From positions 1 to 64,000 of the forward strand of contig KZ538211.1 in NCBI GenBank assembly GCA_000934665.2: a stretch of DNA of 64,000 bases, in the 5' to 3' direction. The position numbers and the translations under genes were made by a program. This stretch comes from Catajapyx aquilonaris. Lineage: Eukaryota. Below are positions 55,901-64,000 of this stretch, piece by piece. The notes under the pieces are model-generated. The model was not told where the DNA came from. It ran no database searches and saw only the letters and a list, made by a program, of their open reading frames with translations. The first letter of the stretch is position 1; every line of letters begins with the position of its first letter.

Positions 55901-58900
55901 TCACTCAGCTTTCATATTTGCGCAGATTTGAAACGAATTAATTTAGTTTTGACGACGGATCAGGCTTAGGTCGAGTGGCCAGAATTGACCAACAGGACAA
56001 GAAACAAGTGGTGTGTAAGTGTGAAGGGCGGGGCGGATTTGTGTGTGTGCCAGTGTGAATGAATAAAATGCAATTTGGCGGCCTAGGCCCCGGTGTAGGA
56101 TCCCCGGCGAGAGCAGGGGGCTTTTGGGCCGACAGACACCTCGGGCTCCGGGTGCCATCAATCGTGAGGCCGGACGGAGAGACCCCGGGAGAAGGATCTA
56201 CCTTGACGCCCCTCTTGTCGTGCACAAATCGTGCGGATTCAAAACCCCCCAACTTGCCAACACCAGGCGGAATAATGAGAAAAGGGAGATGACGGCCAAA
56301 AACTCCCGGCCACATTGCGTCCAAAACGTCCAGAATTAATGCCCGATAATTCTAGAGTCACGCACTCGCTCTTCAACATTTTGCCAAGTTTCGCCTCCTT
56401 CCTTAGCCTCGGACTTTGAACTCGGTCTCATGTTTTCAGACCTAATAGGTGCAGAAGCGGATTTAAAAAAAGGAGAGCGGAGAAAATCCGTTTGTAACCG
56501 ATTATGAAACATGGCTGATTAAATGGAGATTACGGTTGCGGTATGCGAACATCATCGCGATTACTCGATTACGGCCAAACAAATTGGGCTTACACTAAAG
56601 GTCAATAGTAAGAGCACATTCTGCCAATTATATCGCAGCATTAAAAAAAAACCTGGACACTGAGCCGAGTAAATAACGGCAGGCTTGGTGCGAAATATTA
56701 CATCCTCTGATTAACGTTTTAGATGGTGTCAAGCTAAATTGAATTTCAATATTATTACTGATTCTTAATACTCGAGGCCAATTATTTGCAACTGCAACAT
56801 TTGTAACACGCAACTTAAAGCATAATTTAAGCTGTTCAAACCGGCAGCAGAGCTTACAGTGCACAACTGCACATGTCATTCACATCCAATGGCGCAGGGC
56901 ATGTAGTAACTTCATCCTTATCGCAATTAATTCGCACAGGCCGAACAATTTCGGGGTGTTTCTAATGACTCGCAAATGGCCACCAAGCACCGATATTAGC
57001 ATTAACTTCCAGTTATCTGATGCATAGGTTTCATCCGTCGAGGGCAAAATGTCATCGGACTCGGACTCGCAAAGCACAACTGTGCATATTCACGTAAAAC
57101 AAGCACGAAACGTGCATAACGGTGCAGCCTAACGTCAGCGAGACGCACATGCAACGCATAAATTTTCACATGAATACCGAGTTGGAGAGACAGATATATG
57201 GCAGGGCGAGGCGGATGTGTTCGGTCCTTCAGAGAGAAAAAAGTTGAAGCGAGTCTGTTTATAAACAAGTGATGGTGTACTTGCATGTGTTGGACCCACA
57301 TAACACGAGGCTTCACATATCCTATACACAGTGTTAAAAGATTATGGAGCTCGTTCGTTGGAAGGCCTCGACTCGCCCAGCATATGGCGCGAGGCTAGGC
57401 CTAATACTTCCCCGCACAAAATATATCGTTCTGGGGCGAAATCTACGCCCAACTTTGTTAATTGAGAATCATACATGGCGTTAGTTCTGGTGCACATGCT
57501 TTTAAATTACTGCACCATATGTTTAGCCTGTGTGTTTGGGATTGGTCAGAAAGTGGGTGGCACAGTTGCGGACACTCTCACAGACAGCAGTCCAAAGCTG
57601 ATTGAAAATGTCCGGGCCTTGCGACTTGAAACTACTTAGAGAATGTAGCACGTCATGAATGTTACTCATACACGTTATTGCTAGTTTTAATGCTATTTAA
57701 AAATGCTCGTCTAGAACGGCAATAAATACATGCGCGTAAAAATAAAATAGCGTAACAGTATTCAATCCCCTCCTCTGGCCCAGAATCTGCAAGAATATTT
57801 ATCAAGTGAGAAGCTGCTTCCTCGTCTGCTGGAGGTTTTTCATGCTAATCATGCATGCAAATATCCACCATCAATGAATAAAAATGAATGAAATCAAGCG
57901 CGCCTCTAAATCTGCCACTTACACGAATGGTTTTTTAGCGTACACTTTCCAATAATTGAAGGTTGGACGGTTTTTAAAAATCCCTGCACTTTTGATACTT
58001 TCGCCGAGATATGCCAGAAAAAGGGGTGCAGTTCAGTGATGCTAGAATGCGGGAAATTAGCTTCTTCCAAATTGGGACCGCTCACATTTTTGTAGCAAAG
58101 CTTTAACCCCAATCAAAGTTCCTCCGCTTTCCCAAATATGATTTTTGATGATTATTTTTTCCCATTCACTACTTCAACAGTAAGAAAAGGTGGACATTTT
58201 GATAGGCCTAATATTCCTCAACATAAAATAAACTTCGGACATGTGCAAAAATAGGTGGGAGTTTTTGAGGCAATGCGCCTATTTAAGGAGGCCTCCCAAG
58301 ACTTATCAGTAGCTCCTACCAAAAGAAGCAATTATATATTAACTGAATTCACGTATGATTCTGAAGTGCTCACATATCAATAGGTTACACAGTGGACCCG
58401 AAATAACGAGAGAACTCAGGGAATATGGAATTGCACGAATTTAACACCGGCGTCTACTATTTATTTATTTATTTATTTCAAGCAATGTCCGTGAACACAC
58501 CCAATAAAGTTTGCGACCCACAAAATTTGCAAACCGAATTCGTTGATGAATCATTCGCCCTCTCTGCATATTATTTTGATTTGCTCCCTTTGCCACCAGC
58601 ACACTATACCGTATGTATAATCAATCTCACACGGAATAAAAAAATATATGAACTGCCTAATTTGCCAATTGTGCTCGTTCAAATCCCTCACGATTAAATG
58701 TCCAAGACGTACCTAAGTCAAGCCGACAGGCCGCGCATCCTATTCAGTTCTATACCATAAACATTGAGTCATCTAGAGTGCCTGTCACCTGACCCCCATG
58801 TCCCCGAAAGTACAGAGTCGAACTGCTTGTCGAAAGCCATTGTCGTCGGAATCCGTCTTTCATTTTGCTAGTAACAAACGAGTTAGTTGCAGTATGAGAG

Positions 58901-59314
58901 GGGGTCTCTGCCAGAGATAATTTCCTGAGACCTGTGACCAGCATATAGGTGGTCATTTCGACATAGGAGACACCCAGTGAATAGCCTGTGGTGTGTACAT
59001 GAGCACCAGATAATAGAATGCAACGAGGTCTCCCCCCATTTTCCATTCCCGTTAGGGCAATAGGTTTAAAAGTGCATCAGTTGTGCAACAAGGCCAAGAG
59101 CTGTGGTGTGATGGCGGCTGGCCAGGGCTCTTGCATTTTTCCAAGACCGGCACACCTTAACAAGGAGGGAGCGAGAGAGAGGGAAAGATGGGATGGAGGG
59201 GAGGAGAGGGGTGAGTGGGGGCACAGGAGATGGGGTAGGGGGCGCCATAGGTGAGGAGATTCCCTCCCTGGGAAAGGTCACTCACATCGTTCCCGCTGGA
59301 ATCTCGTAGCAATG

Positions 59315-59347
<33 letters not shown>

Positions 59348-59372
59348 AGCTAGCAGGCAAGCAAGCAAGCAA
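59315..59372. repeat. Compound (AGCC)8 / (GCAA)4 microsatellite
   Basis: Directly visible. Confidence 0.9.
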
Positions 59373-62322
59373 GGCTGCCTTCGCTTTAGCCTTGCCTGCA
59401 CAGCCAGAAAAAGGTGGAGGAGGCTGAGAGATGCTGATGCTGGAGGTGCTTGCATAGCAGTCAAGAGAGATGGGGGTGGGATAGGAGAAGGGGGGCATCG
59501 GCGGCTCTCTTTCTTGGCAAGCGAAACGGATCTGGAGCCTACTTGGTGCTGCAGCAGCATCAGGCTTGGAGGCCGATGAAAGCACCATCACAGCCATTAT
59601 ATCACGTGACAGGGGCTCCCAGGCCCTGCTCTTCACCCATTTTTCATGCCTTCCGAATAACCGACTTCAACTTTTAATTGAAATATTTTCTCCGGGGACG
59701 GATTCTTCGCACCCGCCATGCTCATTCCTCTCTCGCCTGTCTCAAGGTAGGGGGTTCACAAGCATGCTGCAGGAATGGTTTTTTTTCTTTTCTTTTTTTC
59801 TCCACGCTTTTTGGCAGCGAGGTTCACCCAATTGGCTTACTACCACTCGCAGCTCGTACAGCTAGCCAATGGGGTGCTTCTCGCTGCCAAAAAGCGGGGC
59901 GAGAGCGAGTTTCTCACGAGATTGTGAACACCCTTTGATATTATTACGAATCAATTCCTTCCATTGCATAGGGAAAAAATTACGCCAAAATCCTACCCAT
60001 TTCGGTTAGGCCTACGTCCACCTCATACACGCAATATCGCAACGAGCTCGCGTAAATATAGTGATCTTTCTCATTGCCATGTTAACTGAATGGTCAGAAA
60101 CCGCAACGTATATTACGACTTGCCATATTAATACCACGAACAACGTAAAAAAAAGGCAATTCAAAATGATGTCATTTCCGACTGTATTATACATCCACTC
60201 TATAAATCGAATGCCTTTTAACCTATAGGTTTTGAAATGTATTTCAAGTACCGGTACGTAATATTGAAATAAACATATGGTTTAGCTGCGCTATATGATT
60301 ATTTATTGTGCAGATTATTTCCAATATTATCAGATGGAATAATGACGAGCAGTATTTTTATATTCGCCAGAATATCCGCACATGCAAGTTTGGAAATCAA
60401 TAATTTCTGCATTTATTTAAACCAGAATTGCAACATAAAGCACTAGTAATCATGCATAATTTGCATTTAAAATTTTGATGTTTACGGTATAGTGTCTCCA
60501 CATTATATAGCCGCATAAACTTTACATTTAATAAGTGTGCGAACTACGTTCGGTGGCAATTTTAATTTGAAAAATTGCAAATTCACGATATTCGAAACTA
60601 CGTTTTTGCAATTCCATAATCGATAATTGCTTGGCATACATTATTTGGAGTAACTATTGTTGAAAATTATCGGCTAAACCGATCCTTTGGTTAGCATCAT
60701 TTCTTGCAGTAGTTTACCCCGTGAATTAGTGTAAGTGAAGTTAAGGCAAGTCTTAATAAGCTATTGGGTTCCTAAATATCACATGACATGTCAGTAGTGC
60801 AACTGGCCACCATGTACTAAAGCGACCTAAAATCAACCGGATCGCATCACATATTAAGACCAGTGCAGATGAGCAGCAACGCAATTAATATACGTCCCAT
60901 CCTAGATGAGTTGTTTGGCCATGCCGGCTGCTTAAATGGGGGATAAATAAATCTGCCCCTCCTGTTATAAGTCTAAGCGCACGCAGGAGAATAACTCCAG
61001 CAACACGCAATTTTTTGACGCAATAAAAAAAATGAAATAGTGTGCAGCAGGATTTGACCCCGGTCTCCAGGGTTGGAATTAGCATAGAGAGGCGCCTGGT
61101 GGCTGGCAAATTGCGAGGATTTGTGCGATGCAACAGGCGACGAAGAAGTTTTGCTTCCTAGACACTCCCAACACATTACAGCTTAAGGGAGGAGGTGTGC
61201 GTGCGTGAGTATATATATCTCTGCGAGCAAGCCAATCAATTTAGTCCAGATGCCATTAGTTACGTCTTCCGATAAAAACCGGCCCCTCTCCCCGCTCCGC
61301 CACCTTTCCCAACTTCCCTCTTCTCAATTTGCACGTGTGTGTGTGTGTGGTACTTTATGATGTTCTTGAGGTAATCCATTGGCGTGGAGGATGAAGCTGT
61401 AGGACGGCACATTCCTCTTCCCCGCACCCTTTCCACGGGTCGCACACAAATCCATCCATTGGATAAGTCACGCCCGTTATATCAGGCTTCCCTATAACGA
61501 ATATGCCTTACGTGACTGGCGACTTGTGAATGGCTCTCCCCCTCGCCAGCAGCTATACACATGCTGCAGTATACACTAGCTGGCTGCCCCTTTCCAGACG
61601 CAGGCAGCACTTGGACCAATTAACGCGGGGGCCTAAAACACATTAGTCTGAATTACGGCTCAGGCAGCATTCGCCCAATAAGCAAATCTTCTTTTGGCAC
61701 GGCGGCCATGCAAATCGAGGAGGGTAGGTGGAATTAAATCGGGATTTTTTCCCCTCTAAAAAAGGAGACTATTGGAGATTGTTTTTCAGGAGGCCCTAGA
61801 GGCACACGAGGCAGAAAACGGACGCACATTGCTCCATACGTCCCTTAATTATGGCGTTAATTAGTGGCACAGCTGCATTCGCTGGCAAGAAGTTTGAATT
61901 GATAGCGAGAGCAGACTCTAAACGACGCGAGGCAAACGGAAAATGATTTCAAATCGGGAGCCAAGTTGGCGTCCGTCTCAACATTAGCTGTAGTCAAGAT
62001 AACGTTTAATGGGTGCTGCACTGCCTAAATCCAAAGCCGAAGAGAATGGAGGATAAGATACATAAAATAATGTATAGAGAGTAACTTTCCTTCCATCCTA
62101 CTCGGCTTTGGATTTGGGCAATGGAAATGCTTTCAATATGAGAATGTGTCGATTATTATTTCATCCCTGCAATGACACCCCTAATGGACAGATGATCCTA
62201 ATCAGGCAATGCTGCTTGTAGCTCTTCTTATATTGGCTGATTTGCATGATATGCCCAACGGGGGTGTCACAGTTGAACGTCCTTGAACTTGTGTGATCAG
62301 AAACTAGTATTAAAATAATAAT

Positions 62323-62353
62323 GCGTGTTTTGTGTTTGGTGTGCGTGTTGCAG
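62323..62353 (+). promoter_or_regulatory. Probable splice acceptor of a 5' UTR intron of the Toll gene
   Basis: gcgtgttttgtgtttggtgtgcgtgttgcag|G lies 83 nt before the ATG, where AT-rich sequence switches to GC-rich sequence. Confidence 0.55.
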
Positions 62354-62363
62354 GGTTGGTGCA

Positions 62364-62440
62364 ATGGGACTGGTGCAGGGTTGCAGCTGATGGGCAGCAG
62401 CATCAGAGGCCGCACTGGCCCCGAGCATAGGAGGAGATGA
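62364..62440 (+). promoter_or_regulatory. Two chained uORFs in the Toll leader (62364-62390, 8 aa; 62390-62440, 16 aa)
   Basis: uORF1 MGLVQGCS* ends in TGATG, which starts uORF2 MGSSIRGRTGPEHRRR*. The uORF2 TGA overlaps the main start in ATGA. Confidence 0.55.
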
Positions 62441-64000
62441 AGCGGAGAGCGGCGGCGGCGGCGGCCCGAGTGCTGGCGGCCATCCTCGCCTGCCTGGTCG
62501 CCACTTCTTCTTCCTCCCCGTCCTCGGGGGGCTCCGCGCTGGAGGACTGCAGGTGGCTATCCAGCATCGACGTCGGGGTCGTCCGAGGCGCCGGTGCTGG
62601 GGGAGGTGGAGGAGGCGGAGGCGGAGGCGGTGGGGGCCTGGAGTGCCGGCTGAGAACCCTGCACGGCCACATCTCCAGCGCCAACCTGTCCTCGCAGCAG
62701 CATTACCAACAGTTCAGCGGTGTGGCCCTGTCCGAGCGCCTCTTCTCCCTCAGACTCGAGTGCAACGACCAGCTCTTCTTCGAGAGCTACCTGGAGGCAC
62801 GCACCTTCCGTGACCTGGTCCAGCTCCGACACCTTGACCTCGAGTACTGCAAGATCGCCCGTCTACCCTCGCAGGCCTTCCACTCCCTCACCTCCTTGAA
62901 GCACCTGTCCATCCGAACCCACAACACCGACTGGCCCGCCATCGCCCTCGAGGCAGACCCAGGAGCTTTCGACCAGCTGCTCAGCCTAGAGAGGTTGGAC
63001 CTCAGCTTCAACAACATCTGGACCTTGCCCGAGGACATCTTCTGCCCGCTCAGGAGTCTCCGGTACATCAACCTGACCCAGAACCGGCTCCAGGACATCG
63101 AGATGCTGGGATTCACCAGGGGGTCGCTGACCCCGGAGTGGAAGAGGTCGAACACCGGGTGCGGAAACAACATGAGGGTGCTGGACATGGGGTTCAACAG
63201 CCTAGAGACTGTTCCCCCGGAAGCCTTGGGAACACTGAGCCGCCTGGAGGAGCTGTACCTGGAGAACAATGTCATCTCCAGCCTTCCAGACAGGGCCCTG
63301 GTAGGACTCGAGTCCCTCAGGATCATCAATCTATCCGGGAACAAGCTAGTCAACCTGCCTCCCGAACTGTTCGAAGCCACGAGGGGCGTCAAGGAGATCC
63401 ACCTGCAGAACAATTCCCTTACGGTGCTGGCCCCGGGCCTGTTCGAGGGCCTGGACCAGCTCCTGGTGCTCGACCTGTCCAAAAACGAGCTGACCAGCGA
63501 GTGGGTCAATTCAGAGACCTTCAACGGCCTGCTCAGGCTGGTGGTTCTCAACCTGTCCCAAAACCGACTCTCCCGCCTAGACTCCGCCATATTCCGAAAC
63601 CTGTACAGCCTCCAAATCCTGAGACTAAACAACAACGAGATCAACAGCATAAGCGACAACTCCTTTGGTTCCATGAGCAACCTCCACACCTTGATCCTGT
63701 CCCACAACCAGCTGCTGACCGTGGACGCCAGCACCCTGAACGGCCTGCAGGTTCTGAGCCTCCTCTCCCTGGACAACAACGCCATCGAGTCCATCCATCC
63801 GATGGCTTTCCGGAACTGTTCCAACCTGCAGGATCTGAATCTGAGCGGGAACAACCTGTTCCAAGTCCCCGTGGCCCTGCAGGACCTGCAGCTTCTCAAG
63901 ACGCTGGACCTCGGGGAGAACCATATATCCAACGTGGAGAACGTCTCCTTTAGCCGCATGCAGCACCTGTACGGCCTACGACTCATTGACAACAGGATAG
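62437..64000 (+). CDS. Tollo: Long-LRR Toll receptor, Tollo/Toll-8-like (Toll-2/6/7/8 'Long Toll' group); N-terminal 521 codons, truncated by the window end
   Basis: My translation (absent from the ORF track because it has no stop in the window): signal peptide MKRRAAAAAARVLAAILACLVATSSS, Cys cap CRW...LECRLRTL, then LECNDQLFFES, LEYCKI, LSIRTHNTDWP, LDLSFNNIWTLPEDIFCPL, LTSEWVNSETFNGLLRLVVLNLS, LKTLDLGENHI, LYGLRLIDN with repeated LxxLxLxxN units. In-frame TAG 9 nt upstream of the ATG; no intron in 1.56 kb. Tollo versus Toll-6/7 is from motif recall; TM and TIR domains are not visible. Confidence 0.9.
   Translation, partial: MKRRAAAAAARVLAAILACLVATSSSSPSSGGSALEDCRWLSSIDVGVVRGAGAGGGGGGGGGGGGGLECRLRTLHGHISSANLSSQQHYQQFSGVALSERLFSLRLECNDQLFFESYLEARTFRDLVQLRHLDLEYCKIARLPSQAFHSLTSLKHLSIRTHNTDWPAIALEADPGAFDQLLSLERLDLSFNNIWTLPEDIFCPLRSLRYINLTQNRLQDIEMLGFTRGSLTPEWKRSNTGCGNNMRVLDMGFNSLETVPPEALGTLSRLEELYLENNVISSLPDRALVGLESLRIINLSGNKLVNLPPELFEATRGVKEIHLQNNSLTVLAPGLFEGLDQLLVLDLSKNELTSEWVNSETFNGLLRLVVLNLSQNRLSRLDSAIFRNLYSLQILRLNNNEINSISDNSFGSMSNLHTLILSHNQLLTVDASTLNGLQVLSLLSLDNNAIESIHPMAFRNCSNLQDLNLSGNNLFQVPVALQDLQLLKTLDLGENHISNVENVSFSRMQHLYGLRLIDNRI

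Larger units (their letters stand above)
16393..64000 (-). other. Very large phase-1 LSD1 intron (>47.6 kb, upstream end outside the window)
   Basis: The exon at 16392 starts mid-codon behind a good acceptor. The expected preceding LSD1 sequence (...WDQDDDFEFTGSHLT) was not found by eye or in the ORF track. Confidence 0.65.

Noticed and set aside
17900..60110. Runt (AACCRCA) and Su(H) (YGTGRGAA) site clusters
   Set aside because: The counts I saw are about what chance predicts for 64 kb.
16400..62300. Many 60-240 aa ORFs in the intron (e.g. 18309-18923, 53915-54577, 55098-55817)
   Set aside because: No recognisable domains, often low-complexity or microsatellite-derived, mostly non-ATG starts, and lacking the codon bias of the two real genes.
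62429..62436. AGGAGGAG before the Toll ATG, resembling a Shine-Dalgarno sequence
   Set aside because: Eukaryotic spliced-gene context; coincidental.
62787..63992. 401-aa - strand ORF, plus 63138-63953 (+), 62403-62684 (-) and 63625-63966 (-)
   Set aside because: Shadow frames of the GC3-rich Toll CDS. The real frame starts at 62437 and has clear LRR motifs; these have none.

Overview
Animal genomic DNA, most likely arthropod, from a draft assembly (78-N gap, isolated n bases, a 527-nt poly-T). It is mostly non-coding. Two protein-coding genes are supported. (1) The last four coding exons of an LSD1/KDM1A histone demethylase lie on the - strand (16392->13823, 3' UTR probably to ~12.7 kb). (2) The N-terminal 521 codons of an uninterrupted long-LRR Toll receptor (Tollo/Toll-8-like) lie on the + strand from 62437 and run off the window. 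I could not find the next upstream LSD1 exon in 16393-64000, so the Toll gene appears nested antisense in a >47.6-kb LSD1 intron. That intron carries a well-formed recursive-splice-site signature at 49735/49734 on the LSD1 strand, followed by a 48-nt, frame-preserving, stop-free cryptic exon. Other signals: three tandem CTCF-like motifs beside an LSD1 donor, two chained stop/start uORFs abutting the Toll ATG, a 61-nt near-perfect hairpin, two RFX X-boxes and many microsatellites. No prokaryotic systems, CRISPR arrays, RNA genes or intact transposons were recognised. Gene identities come from motif recall, not from a database search.
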